Shown: positions 1 to 12,852, counted from the first letter of the stretch. The stretch: DNA of 64,000 nucleotides from Eledone cirrhosa (GCA_964016885.1 OZ024741.1:169942001-170006000); one strand, 5' to 3'. Made by a program: numbers and translations. The notes: generated from the letters alone by a model not told the origin.

Positions 1-111
1 TTTGTTTGAAAATTTATTTTCATTCATCATCTTTTTCTGCTACTGCTGCTGATGCTGTTGCCCTCCTCCTCCTCCTCCTCCTCCTCCTCCTCCTTCTCCT
101 CATCGCCATCT

Positions 112-142
<31 letters not shown>

Positions 143-420
143 TTTACAACGGTGGCGGTAATAATGAGGATGATGATAATTATTTTATTAATGATAGAAG
201 GATGATATACATAGCAGAATTTGAACTTAAAATGTAAATGAAACTAAATCTAGCAGTTCCTTTATTTTGTTGCTCTATCGATTCTGCTCTGTTCTCTGAA
301 TGTGTTTGAACAAATAACAGAAAGGAAGATATAAGTTAATCCGTCGTGCATTCTATGGATTCTGTCATCCTTTTCAATTGATTTTATACAGTTTAACATT
401 AATGTGAAAATAAATCGTTC

Positions 421-616
421 ATAATAATTGTTTCTACGTATGGCACAAGGCCAGCAATTACCCAGTGCATTACTGGTACTATATTTTATTGACCCCGTAA
501 GGATGAAAGGCAAAGTTAACCTCGGCGGGATTTGAACTCAGACTGTAAAGGGGCGTAACTCTATGCTGCAAAGTATGCCATCCGACCCTCTACCGATACT
601 GCCAATCCACCGCGCC
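421..616 (-). mobile_element. tRNA-derived SINE, family S1
   Basis: Minus strand has box A-like TGGCAGTATCGG, box B-like GAGTTCAAATCC, a central GCCTTTCATCCTTACGGGGTC..AAAAT..GTACCAG block and an (ATT)n tail. At least 6 other copies in the window. Confidence 0.85.
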
Positions 617-749
617 AGCAGTATAGGATTTGACAAGGGACTAGGTGTAATATATATATATATAGTTGAAATGCCTGGGAATACAACGAGCATCAGTATA
701 CTAGATCAAACACACACACACGTACACAAACACATGCACACACATACAT

Positions 750-793
<44 letters not shown>

Positions 794-869
794 GTATCCA
801 TATGATATCATGAACATGAAAAAGAGTCCTCGATACGGATGGAGAGTTTAAATATTCTTTATTAGTTTT

Positions 870-1170
870 CTCTGCTAGCATGAGCTAGACGAGTTGTCAC
901 GTTGTGAGACAAGTCTGATCAGATGACCGTGTCTTGCTCACACAGAACTGTTTCTGGCTTGGTTTCTACAGCTGGATACTCTTCCTAACGCCAACGACAT
1001 TACAGTGTGAATTGGGTGCTTGTTTTCGTGGCAGGAAAACGAGCACTTTACAGTATGGGCTGGACCCTTTTTGTCGTGGCACCAACACAAACACTTTCTA
1101 TTGTGGATTGGGAATTTTTTTTCATGGCCCCAACACGACCACTTTATAGTTTGGACTAGGCACTTTTTTT
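870..1170 (-). mobile_element. SINE-like fragment, family S2, with ~50-bp internal repeats
   Basis: Reverse complement matches 63070-63742 (GGAAG.G.ATCCAG..GTAGAAACCAAGCC; CACTGTAAAGTG units). Confidence 0.7.
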
Positions 1171-2029
1171 GTTACTCTGGAGCTGCGTTGCCAAATATGG
1201 TACGTTCGTACAAATTTGGTACTATTCGCTCTAATTTGATTTTGTTGTGCGTTTGGTGCCACGACTGGATTTATTGGTACATTTTAGACATTTTACTTGC
1301 TTTGCGAATTTGGCTTAATTTATATTTTAAAATCACTATTTAATGATTTACCATCCATCATCTATGACGACTTTTACTTCAAAAAGCTATCCATTAAATG
1401 TATTTACCCGTCAAATCTCACTTGACATCAATACTCTCCTGTGCATTATTTCAAATCAGTAGCCAACCATCTTCTGTATTATCCTGATAGCCAATAATAA
1501 TGTACTATTCATTCACAATCGATCAGTGAACGTCTTACTTGAATAGATTCCGCTGACAATATGCAATGACATCTACATATAGAGAGATTAAGGCGAATTC
1601 TTGTAAGACAACCGTATCAGTTTAGTTTAAGCCGTCGTGTCATGGTGTACAGTGTGCTTTGTTGGTGTCATCTTTCAATATCTGAACTGTTTTGCTCTTT
1701 TTAAGAAAGACTTTGAACCCATCATGAGTGGAAAAAAAGTAGATATAGAATATTATTCTGATAGTGACGAAAATGACACCCCTCAGAAGAAAACACTGAA
1801 ATAATCCACTTTCTATGAAAGAAAAGTTCAATAAAAATTATAAAACGATAAGAAATGTTCAACGTTGTTGGAATTGAGTAAAGGCTACTCTAAATTGGGC
1901 AATTGTGAGATAGCTGATAGATAAAATCAAAAGAATTCGAAAGTAGCGAAACAAACAGTGAAGGTGACAAGTTTCATAAAGCCTCCCCAATCTTCTGTTC
2001 ACTTAACGAACATAGCATCAGCTGAGCTG

Positions 2030-2290
2030 AAACTGTGAAATTACTGCTGAGCATAACCTACCCATTGCTATTTTGGATCATTTGCCTTGTCTTATCGCGA
2101 ACGTATGCCCTGATTTAAAAACGCCAAAGACATCAAGTGCGCAAGAACTAAAGGAACTTTCATTTTTTCAAATGGGATCGCTTCTCATTCTTTCAATGAT
2201 TTATTGAAGCTAAATTCAACAAACTTCTCCCTTATTGTGACTGAAACAAGAGTCATTTCTACCAACAAGCAACTTATTCAATTAGCATTA
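2030..2290 (+). pseudogene. degenerate hAT-like transposase fragment
   Basis: Translates, across a frameshift, to AEHNLPIAILDHL..CPD..K.IKCARTK..FSLIV.E...S..KQL, resembling the hAT N-terminal/first catalytic region. Confidence 0.5.
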
Positions 2291-2535
2291 GACCTAACCA
2301 AGGTAAACCAAAATCGATTATACCATTGTCAATGGAATTTTCTAACCTTGTGCATGATGACCAATATCAACAAATAAATATAGAATGGAAGGAATTGGCT
2401 CTGCAAGATGCATAAAATAAGCCTGAGAAATACTGGTTTCTTGGTGGCAAGACATTTCTGATGCAACTTCTTTCATTGCTACATTCTTCAGCAGCTGCAG
2501 AGTTTTGTCCCTTTTCAACAACATAAAATCAAAAA

Positions 2536-2755
2536 ATTCGTAATGCTTTAAAAACCTCAACATTTAATGTTGTGCTATGATTAAAGTCTCCGCTGCAAAA
2601 TATCGACAGCACTAAGTGGTATCCACAACAGTGGATTAATTTCTAAGAGGATGTGCTTTCTTGAGGCTAAAGGTACAAAGTTGCATAGCTCTCATAGATT
2701 AGACTGCTCATCGATAATTTTGTAATCTGAAACGATAGTAAAAATAGGATTAATC

Positions 2756-2759
<4 letters not shown>
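2536..2759. repeat. ~225-bp repeat; inverted partner at 5045-5275
   Basis: Near-identical reverse complement at 5045-5275; both abut (TA)n. Confidence 0.85.
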
Positions 2760-2794
<35 letters not shown>

Positions 2795-2930
2795 TAGGAT
2801 GCAGTAATGGTTAATTACTACACTGGATAGAGTTGACGTACGCTGAGAGGTTACTCAACGAGTTATGGAAGAATAGTTGAAGAAACTCAGTTCCTGATCC
2901 TTCTGTATTTCGGAGTGTAGATAAAGAATG

Positions 2931-3120
2931 AATAATTGTTTCTACTTTAGGCACAAGGCCAGCAATTACCCAGTGCATTACTGGTACTTTATTTTATCGA
3001 GCCCGTAAGGATGAAAGGCAAAGTCAACCTCGGCGGGATTTGAACTCAGATCGTAAAGGGACGTAACTATGCTGGAAAGCATGGCGTCCGACCCTCTACC
3101 GATACTGCCAATCCACCGCC
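2931..3120 (-). mobile_element. SINE family S1
   Basis: Close match to 421-616. Confidence 0.85.
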
Positions 3121-3149
3121 GTTAGAATGAATAATAACAGGTAGACATC

Positions 3150-4095
3150 ATAAAAAGGTAATTTATTCTGTGTGCTTACAAATGTTTCCACGGTGGTTAT
3201 ACAGCCTAGTTATGCTATGTGAAAATTTATAACTATTTGCAAAAGTCAATTATCAAATGCTGTGACCACTGTATCATCAGAGCAGAATGGTTAAAATGTA
3301 CAATGTAAATACCCTAAGTGAGGTTATTGGGGAAGATAGAGTAGAAAAGGAAGAGAGAAAAGAAGGGGAGAGGGAGAGAGGGAGAGAGAGATGCTGGGGT
3401 TAGAGAAATGGGAGAGAGTGGTTTGTAGATATCTTAATCAAAATGTTGTGGTAGGGGTTTTATTATACTGGTTACTCTAAAAGCGACCACTTTAAGCGAT
3501 GCGTTGATAGTCAAGGTTGGAATTATTTATTGTCACAGAGGGCAGGTTCATAGATGTGGATAGGGAGGGAGGTGGACCTAGGGCAAGAGAGAGAGTGTGA
3601 GAGAGAGAGAGAGGGGAATGGATAGAGAGGGGACAGACGAAAGCTATGGGATGGGTGTAAATTGAGTTCATAGTAGTACAAATTGCACCAAGTTTCCATT
3701 TATAGTGATAAGCAGGGTATTGTCTTGTAGTGTGGGGGAAGAGAAAGTGGTTAGCTAGAAAGCAATGTTATAGTTACGGGTTCGAATGTTAAGTTATTTT
3801 ATAGTGAGAGAATTTAGCCTTCAGTTTGTGGTTGCAGTATCATTTAGTAATTTATTTTTGGATTTTAAGATGTAAAAGAGTTCAAGGTTACATAACCTAC
3901 AGTACTTCAATCCACTCCGATATGCACTAGCGCTGGAAAGTATATCCCATTTCAAGGTGAACTGTTGGTTGAGTTCACGGAGTTGCCAAGTCTTGTTGGC
4001 GAGCGTGGTCATAAAACGGTGATTAGGATGTTTAATTGAGAATCGATGACGATACCAGCGAGATTTAAAGGAGGTAGTGGTAGACCCGATGTAAT
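3150..4095 (-). mobile_element. 5'-truncated Penelope-like element (GIY-YIG C-terminus + 3' UTR)
   Basis: YYIGSTTTSFKSRWYRH...LKWDIL..A..Y....CRLC..E....LLN. Downstream hammerhead at 3173-3284 and AATAAA. Confidence 0.8.
3173..3284 (-). ncRNA. type-I hammerhead ribozyme motif
   Basis: tgct-CTGATGA-tacagtggt..accaccgtg-GAAA-catttg-TA-agca. Confidence 0.75.
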
Positions 4096-4096
4096 A

Positions 4097-4139
<43 letters not shown>

Positions 4140-4292
4140 GGTAGATCCCAAGTTAAATCGGAGTTAACCACTGTAGGTACGGTAATCAATACATTAGTAG
4201 AGTGTGAACATCAATATCTAATATAGAAATGGCTTCTACAGGACTATAACTATTTCATTCGTACGAAATCTATCTGATGATTTCATACGAAA
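4140..4292 (-). mobile_element. short PLE-like terminal fragment, family E, with partial hammerhead
   Basis: Related to 35130-35300, 45052-45220 and 45620-45680. Contains GAAA.ag..ctgTAgaagcc and an inverted CTGATGAtttc. Confidence 0.6.
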
Positions 4293-4449
4293 GAACCATT
4301 ATTATATATAGAAGTAGTAACACAACAGTTAGTTCATACCGAGAATAATTGTTTCACATGCGGATTTTCAGAAGTTATTACTTCTACCAAACTTGTCCCA
4401 TGGACTGAGTGCTCTACCACTACGGATATTACCTTCCAGTGTTCTACCC

Positions 4450-4584
<135 letters not shown>

Positions 4585-4820
4585 TAGAACACTGGAAGGT
4601 AATATCCGTAGTGGATATAATTGTTCCTGAGATGAGAGTGAATGATAAAGAAGCAATTCTGTACAGTACCGTGTGCAAAGATAGAAAGCAGAGGCGGAAA
4701 GGTCAATCTACTGCCACTAGAAATTGCTTCTTTATCATTCACTCTCATCTCAGGAACAACTTTGAATAGCGCCAGTTCGTGATTTGAACTCGGGAATTTT
4801 ATATTCTCCGAGCGAAAAGA

Positions 4821-4905
4821 ACCCTCTGACGAGAGTCTTCCTTTTCAATGGATATCCGCATGGATTATCCATTTATTTTGAGACTTGAAACCGTACGGTA
4901 AGGGT
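4821..4905 (+). ncRNA. type-I hammerhead ribozyme motif (family D)
   Basis: accct-CTGACGA-gagtct..agactt-GAAA-ccgtacgg-TA-agggt; palindromic stem III. Confidence 0.85.
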
Positions 4906-4972
4906 AATTACAGCAGGTACAGTGAACTTTTTAAAATTTATTTTAAAACTTTTTCTTATTTGCTAAACCTTG

Positions 4973-5047
<75 letters not shown>

Positions 5048-5272
5048 GATTAATCTTATTTTTACTATCGTTTCAGATTACAAAATTATCGATGAGCAGT
5101 CTAATCTATGAGAGCTATGCAACTCTGTACCTTTAGCCTCAAGAAAGCACATCCTCTTAGAAATTAATCCACTGTTGTGGATACCACTTAGTGCTGTCGA
5201 TATTTTGCAGCAGAGACTTTAATCATAGCACGGCATTAAACATTAAATGTTGAGGTTTTTAAAGCATTACGA

Positions 5273-5314
<42 letters not shown>

Positions 5315-5318
<4 letters not shown>

Positions 5319-6064
5319 GTTTACATATATATATATAAAGTCATAGATATATATTTGTTTTGCAATGGGTTACTTTGTGGCTCAATGAAGAATTAATAAA
5401 TTAAATAATCAGAGCTATATATCATAAAACATGTCTATAGAATCACCAGATAAAATATATACCGTTTCCTCTTCCAATTAGCATAATTAACCATATAAAA
5501 AATCAATTAGACCAAGCTATAAGAATAAAGGCTCCTATGAAGAAATCTCCGACAAATAACCGAAATCAGCCCTTCGCGACTGTTGCGATGGAGTATTTAT
5601 CGAGTATTTCGACAGCGTGTATAAATTGACCAGATATACAGTCAACTAAACAGAATTAGGTGTAAAATAAACTAGAAGAAAAGTGCACATATTTAGTTAC
5701 CTCTACCATGGTTTCGTCCGCATTTTAAGATATCCGATAACATTGGAAATCTAGAGCTTCGGATTCTTCAGGAGTTAGCTCAAATTTAAACAATTAATTT
5801 TCCAAAGTGATCGCGCCAAGAATACATTCAAAAATGGCTAAGAATCGTGACGTGGCAGCGGTCAAGTTAGAAAGGATGTGATTAGTTGCTTACGGCTGGT
5901 AGGCTTTTTGCTAGAAAGCGCAACCAATACAGCCAAAATTGTATCTCAACCTAACGGGAGATTAATACATATAAAGGTTTACATATATATATATATAAAG
6001 TCATAGATATATATGTGTTTTGCAACGGGTCACTTTGTGGCTCAATGAAGAATTAATAAATTAA
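5315..6064 (-). mobile_element. non-coding 658-bp monomer with ~90-bp terminal direct repeat (retrozyme-like)
   Basis: 5315-5404 is repeated at 5973-6064. Flanked by (TA)n on both sides, no listed ORF, one hammerhead inside. Confidence 0.65.
5695..5780 (-). ncRNA. type-I hammerhead ribozyme motif
   Basis: agctaactc-CTGAAGA-atccg..cggac-GAAA-ccatgg-TA-gaggtaact. Confidence 0.75.
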
Positions 6065-6081
6065 TATATATATATATATAT

Positions 6082-7078
6082 AGTTTGCGAGGTTTTTGAT
6101 ATGAAATCGTGTGTCGAAACAAATATTGTTATACTTGGGGAGAGTCATATTTGTGTAATATTGCCAGAATTAATAACAGAACACACTCACTGTTTGGTTG
6201 GTTTTCGCTTTTCGCTTCTGTGTCTTTTATATCGGTAATCTAATTTATTCGGTCCTCAATGTTCCCATTGACTGACCAACGGTCAAAAATAATACAGATA
6301 CAATATAGACACAAACACATATATATAGTTTATCAAAGTTCTTTCGTTGCACATCTGCAACATCGTCAGTGGTGCTATTGTTTCCTCCCGTTGCATTGTA
6401 TTTTCTACGCCATCTTTATTTAGTCTGTTTATATATTTATTTATTTGTTTATTTTATTTTGTCTTCTTTGCGCATGCGTTTGCGTGTGTGTATAGTGTTT
6501 TGTTTGATGTGTGTTCGTGATTGGGTGACTGTGTATAGGTTAATGTATTCTATCTTTATTAGTGTGTGTTTATATGTGTTTGTTGTTATTGTGCTTGTGT
6601 ATGTATTTATTTATTTATTTATCTATTTATTTATTTATACTTCTCTTAGGTCAGTGTTGTTTGTTTGGGTGTTGTTGTTATTCCATTCATTCTTTCTGTT
6701 TAGCCTTGGTCTTCTAAGTTCTATTTCACTGGCCTCTCTGATTTGCCTATCTGCTGGGTCATTTCTATGTTTAGATATTATTCTAATTTCTATGTTGTCT
6801 ATGTTACCGTCGTGTTGTTGTCTGGCATGTTCGTATAGTACTGTTCGTTCAGTACTAAACGGTATATATTTTAAAGAACTTTGATAAACTATATATATGT
6901 GTTTGTGTCTATATTGTATCTGTATTATTTTTGACCGTTGGTCAGTCAATGGCAACATTGAGGACCGAATAAATTAGATTACCGATATAAAAGACACAGA
7001 AGCGAAAAGCGAAAACCAACCAAACAGTGAGTGTGTTCTGTTATTAATTCTGGCAATATTACACAAGTATAACAATAT
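6082..7078 (-). mobile_element. PLE family A 3' fragment with inverted terminal arm (fold-back)
   Basis: 6082-6857 is the reverse complement of the family A 3' end (EHARQQHDGNIDNIEIR; hammerhead-like motif at 6331-6374). 6874-7078 is an inverted copy of the terminus. Confidence 0.9.
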
Positions 7079-7086
7079 ATATATAT

Positions 7087-7166
<80 letters not shown>

Positions 7167-7588
7167 TTATATATACATATATATAAAAGCAAAAATGAAA
7201 ACGAAGAAATACATTAAATATCCTATTATGCAGCCTAAGATCGAATGTGGTTCACAAGGAATATTGTATTATAAAGATAGTGCAGGCTATAAACGTTCCA
7301 ACTAAATCAGTGATCACATTATTCATACATTCTCAACCAGTTATAAATTAATAAAGTAACTCATAAAAATACTTGCATATTGGGAACATTTCAGATATAT
7401 AGTTAGAGTTAATGCTACATTTAATATAATACCATAATACATAGGTCGTAATGTCATAATCCATTAATGTATAGCGCACTAGGTTACGTACATTTTAACC
7501 GCGTGAAAGCTTCTGATGACACCGATGATTGCCTGTTGCAAATTTTGCTCGAAGGTTTATAGAATGTATATATATATATATATATATA

Positions 7589-7666
7589 CAGGATGTCCCA
7601 AAAACTGTATACACTCTTCGACAGCATTCTATTCATAGTATGTATACATTTCTTTGGGACACCCTG
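7589..7666. mobile_element. Tc1/mariner-type mini-MITE
   Basis: TIRs CAGG(A/G)TGTCCCAAA / TTTGGGACACCCTG, TA flanks; relative at 13862-13938. Confidence 0.7.
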
Positions 7667-7667
7667 T

Positions 7668-7727
<60 letters not shown>

Positions 7728-7731
<4 letters not shown>

Positions 7732-7845
7732 ATAATAATAAATTTGAAGACTAAAATCCAAAGAGGGCTCGATAAGGATAAATATATATCAAATATATAA
7801 GAACCGTAGAGCAAATATTTATTAAAATAACAGATTAAAGTTTAC
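7728..7845. repeat. short recurrent module (gtaataataataaatttgaagactaaaatcc...)
   Basis: Copies at 10731-10781, 22318-22440 and 36530-36635. Confidence 0.8.
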
Positions 7846-8428
7846 ATTCACATACACACGCACACACACGTACACCTACACACATACACAAACACCACCT
7901 TCAGCGCTCCCCGCTCATTGTTGCACTCACTGATTCTGCTGAGGAGGTCCTCTGTACTGTCACATACATCTGGGGACATCTTGATTATGGGGCGTATAAC
8001 CATTGAGAGGAAGTAGGAGATCCTGTAGTTGCTAGCTATATTAGCTCCGCATACGGGTCTTGTTGGTGGTCCTGTTGTCGGGCCGTCGACTGTCTTGTGG
8101 TCTTTGCGGAGCCCATACAAGGGTAGTATGCCATTGTTAGACGCCTGGAAGTTGTTGGCAGTGCGTCTGCTTAGCTTTAGGATGTCAGTCCACATCATCA
8201 TGTGAGCGTTGAGGATTTTTTCTCTCCCATCGTGTGTTTGTTGTGCAATATCGCTCGTGTTAGTGATGTGGGGTTGCATAGCCTCGATGTAGTTCGGCAT
8301 GCTATCTATTGACATCCTACCAGACTTATCCGTGGGTAGACACACTACCTCACCATCCCTTGTACGCTGCTTGAGGAAACCTGTAGAAGGGTTGGTTAGC
8401 CTCAAGCAGGATCTCCTACTTCCTCTCA

Positions 8429-10224
8429 ATGGTTATACGCCCCATAATCAAGATGTCCCCAGATGTATGTGACAGTACAGAGGACCTCCGCAGCAGAATC
8501 AGTGAGTGGAACAAAAACAGGAGCCTATCCAACTGCATAATAGGCAGCATGGATGTGGTGTCACTGTACCCATCCATTAACATTGATTTTGCTGTGAAAA
8601 GATGTGTGGAGATGATCATTGAGAGTGAGGTGGAGTTCTGCGACGTCGACACAGACGAACTGGGCCTCCTACTTAGACTTACCTACGACACTGACTACCT
8701 AGACAGCCATGACCTTAGATGTTTCTGCCCTAGTAGACCTACAAGAGGTAGAGCCCCCACCATAACCTCAATGGCAAAAAAGACTCCCATGGGAAGGTGG
8801 ATTGGGTGGACCAAAGCTATACGGACCCCCCAAAACAATGATCAGGTAAGAAAAATGGTCGCACATGCAATAGGGGCTAGTATCAAAACTACCCTAAAGG
8901 GCCACATATTTAAGTTCAACGAGAAAATCTACATCCAAAATGAGGGAGCAGCCATCGGCGTCAGCATAGCTGGTGATGTTGCCAACCTTTTCATGGTATG
9001 GTGGGAAAGGAGACTTAAAGATCTCCTTAATGAAAGCTCCATAGACTTCATCATGTACTCTCGTTATGTAGACGATATCAATATAGTTATAAGAACATCC
9101 CCACTAGAGAGCACTAACAAGTTTGATTTAGAACGTAGCACGATGGAAAGCATCCAGCAGATAGCTAATTCCATACACCAGAGTATAACTGTAACTATCG
9201 ACTTCCCTTCCAAACACCCTAACAATAGACTACCTGTATTAGACACAGAACTCTGGATTAACACTATAGACGAGAGAGAGCCCAAATTCTCCACTCACAC
9301 TATGCTAAACCCATGGCCTCCAAATACCTGATACTCAAAAACTCAGCAATGTCCAGTAGTACTAAGTTTAATATTCTGATCGCAGATTTGGTACGAGTGA
9401 TGAAGAATGTGTCCCGCATGTGCGACCCAACAGAAATGGAAAGACACATCCAACACTTCATCAACCGCATGCAGTTCTCTGGCTACAACCAAAGAGACAG
9501 AGTCAGAGTATACGAAGGAGCCATGGAAAAGTATAAGACCCTCATAGAACTGGACATGAAAGGAATTTGCCCATTATACAGGAGAAAATCATGGAATAGC
9601 TTAGATAGGGCTAGACATAAGATAGGGAAAGCCACCTCATGGTACGACAACCAGAGATACCAGAGTATCATGTTTGTGGACGCCACCCCTGGAGGGAAAT
9701 TAGCTAACCAGTGTAGAAAGGCCCTGAGAAAGACCCACTTAAAAATTAAGGTGGTAGAAAAGCCAGGAACCACCATAAAATCCCTGATCAGCAAAACCTA
9801 CCCTTTTAAGAAAACCCACTGTACCAATAGGAAATGTATCATATGTAAGGTGAACCCCCGGATAAACTGTAAAACTAGAAACGTAGTCTATAGCATAAGA
9901 TGTACAGAGGGTACTTGCAGAAACATGACAACAACATACATAGGTGAGACAGCTCGTATCATAGGTGAAAGGATAGACCAACACTGGGGGGAACTAAAAG
10001 GACGAAAAAACGGGTCAGTACCATACGAACATGCTAGACAACAACATGACGGTAACATAGACAACATAGAAATTAGAATAATATCTAAACATAGAAATGA
10101 CCCAGCAGATAGGCAAATCAGAGAGGCCAGTGAAATAGAAATTAGAAGACCAAAGCTAAGCAGAAAGAATGAATGGAATAACAACAACACCCAAACAAAC
10201 AACACTGACCTAAGAGAAGTATAA
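8429..10224 (+). pseudogene. PLE reverse transcriptase + GIY-YIG endonuclease, one frameshift near 9290
   Basis: SMDVVSLYP, QNEGAAIG, RYVDD, LPVLD; then C-x4-C-x2-C, NVVY..C....C..YIGETAR...R...H, QIREA, EW. Confidence 0.9.
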
Positions 10225-10462
10225 ATAAGTAAATAAAATAAGATAAATAAATAAATAAATACATACACAAGCACAATAACAACAAGCACATAAACACACA
10301 CTAGTCACCCATCACACAGCAAACATAACACTATACACACACGCCAACGCATGCGCAAAGAAGACGAAATAAAATAAACAAACAAGCAAATAAATAAATA
10401 AATATATAGACAGACTGACTAAAAATGGCGTAGACATACAACACAACAGGAGGAAATTATAA

Positions 10463-10506
10463 CACCACTGACGATGTTGCAGATGTGCAACGAAAGATTT
10501 ATGATA
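10463..10506 (+). ncRNA. minimal hammerhead-like motif in family A 3' region (weak stem I)
   Basis: cacca-CTGACGA-tgttgc..gcaac-GAAA-gatt-TA-tgata; copies at 6331-6374(-), 17895-17938(-), 19975-20017(+). Confidence 0.55.
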
Positions 10507-10829
10507 AACTATATATATGTGTTTGTGTCTATATTGTATCTGTATTATTTTTGACCGTCGGTCAGTCAATGGCAACATTGAGGACCGAGTAAGTTAGATT
10601 ACCGATATAAAAGACAGCGAGAAGCGAAAACCAACCAAACAGTGAGGGTGTTCTGTTATTAATTCTGGCAATATTACACAAATATGACCCTCCCCAAGTA
10701 TAACAATATATATATATATATATATATATAGTAATAATAATAAATTTGAAGACTAAAATCCAAAGAGGGCTCGATAAGGATTATTTTAATATATATATAT
10801 ATATATATATATGTAGAAATTGTATTTAA

Positions 10830-11405
10830 TTTGTTGGAAGTCCGACAAACATAAATGTTTATAACTGATTTAGAGCACTCAACAGTATACTGGAACCATA
10901 TTTATTTTATCATATATATTTCAAGGGCAACCAAGACACCATTGGTGCGCTTTCATCAGATAAAATACAAAGTTTGTTTTATAAATAGAGACGTACCATT
11001 AGTAGATATAAACTTAAAATTTATTCCCCCATATTTACGTTACATGAGTTCTATTCATCCACTTGTAAATTTCTTCTCTCTATCTATCTCGTAATATTAA
11101 TATCTTTTCTCTCTCTTTTTTTCTCTCTCTTTCTTCCCTATCTTTCTCCAGTGTCATTTAAATAAACGGTTGTTTTTTTCAATTATTTACACATTCATTT
11201 GCATATCCACACATAAGTTTGAATAATCCACTATCCAGTGAATTTCCAACCGATAAGGTATGATTTTCATGGGTACGTCTCTATTTATAAAACAAACTTT
11301 GTATTTTATCTGATGAAAGCGCACCAATAGTGTCTTGGTTGCCCTTGAAATATATATAATAAAATAAATATGGTTTTATAAATATAGTTTCCATTTATTT
11401 AATAT
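10830..11405. mobile_element. fold-back element family C with a hammerhead in each arm
   Basis: Arms ~10895-10997 and ~11273-11375 are inverted; related to 16500-16838 and 37998-39000. Confidence 0.8.
11302..11366 (+). ncRNA. type-I hammerhead ribozyme motif (family C)
   Basis: tattttat-CTGATGA-aagcgcaccaa..ttggttgccctt-GAAA-tatata-TA-ataaaata (8-bp stem I). The inverted copy at 10903-10967 has TG at the cleavage site. Confidence 0.85.
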
Positions 11406-11486
11406 CAGGGTATATATATATATGTCAGTGTTGAACAAAAAAGGTGACGTGGTTGGCTAAACACTGTACGGCGTAATTCGGGCTGT

Positions 11487-12852
11487 TTTATAACAACTAG
11501 AAATTGATTAACATATAAATAAACATGTGAATAATCACAGGAGATAATTTTTACAAGTGTGTAAGCACACATAGCTAGGTAGGTAACTAAATAAAGTTAA
11601 CTAGAACTTCAAAAATAGATACCTTATAATATGATTAATATTCCCTGTATATATTCCATTAAAGAAATATATTTCACCAATTAATCGAATGGTAAACGGC
11701 GGATGCCGGTACTTGTATTTTCAACAAGGAAGAAGTCCAGCGATTTATGTTTACGCATTAAGTTCAAATCAGCGACTGGCCAGTAACACGTTCTGTATCT
11801 ACTAGAAATACACACATCATACCAGCTTCGTCCCAGTGGCGTGAATAGGGTTATCGACAACTAGAAACAGCAGTCAAGTCCTTTCAACAGAGTTAGCTCT
11901 ACAATTAAGGAGCCGTATTTATATATCTATATCCAAAATTAAGATAAATTAAAATGAATTTAATCCAAATCAAAATTATGGGTGTCATGCCAGAAAGGCA
12001 TGCGCCATATCACCCGCAAAATAAGCTCCAAGGTTCTAATGAATAGGTCCGAGCATTTTATAACAACTAGAAATTGATTAACATATAAATAAACATATGA
12101 ATAATCGCAGGAGATAACTTTTACAAGTGTGTAAGCACACATAGCTAGGTAGGTAACTAAATAAAGTTAACTAGAACTTCAAAAATAGATACCTTATAAT
12201 ATGATTAATCTTCCGCATGCCTTTCTGGCATGACACCCATAATTTTGATTTGGATTAAATTCATTTTAATTTATCTTAATTTTGGATATAGATATATAAA
12301 TACGGCTCCTTAATTGTAGAGCTAACTCTGTTGAAAGGACTTGACTGCTGTTTCTAGTTGTCGATAACCCTATTCACGCCACTGGGACGAAGCTGGTATG
12401 ATGTGTGTATTTCTAGTAGATACAGAACGTGTTACTGGCCAGTCGCTGATTTGAACTTAATGCGTAAACATAGATCGCTGGACTTCTCCCTTGTTGAAAA
12501 TACAAGTACCGGCATCCGCCGTTTACCATTCGATTAATTGGTGAAATATATTTCTTTAATGGAATATATACAGGGAATATTAATCATATTATAAGGTATC
12601 TATTTTTGAAGTTCTAGTTAACTTTATTTAGTTACATACCTAGCTATGTGTGCTTACACACTTGTAAAAATTATCTCCTGTGATTATTCACATGTTTATT
12701 AATATGTTAATCGATTTCTAGTTGTTATAAAATGCTCGGACCTATTCATTAGAACCTTGGAGCTTATTTTGCGGGTGATTTGGCGCATGCCTTTCTGGCA
12801 TAACACCCATAATTTTGATTTGGATTAAATTCATTTTAATTTATCTTAATTT

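Larger units (their letters stand above)
7905..10708 (+). mobile_element. Penelope-like element family A with 5' inversion
   Basis: Direct part 8412-10708. Inverted part ~7905-8413 encodes the upstream RT region (TDKSGR..LYGLRKDHK..RPVC) and overlaps the direct part by ~100 bp. Confidence 0.9.

Noticed and set aside
7511-7566. CTGATGA hammerhead candidate
   Set aside because: No GAAA with compatible stems.
10225-10708. SECIS/selenoprotein signal in PLE family A
   Set aside because: No in-frame TGA at the conserved Cys residues and no SECIS core seen.
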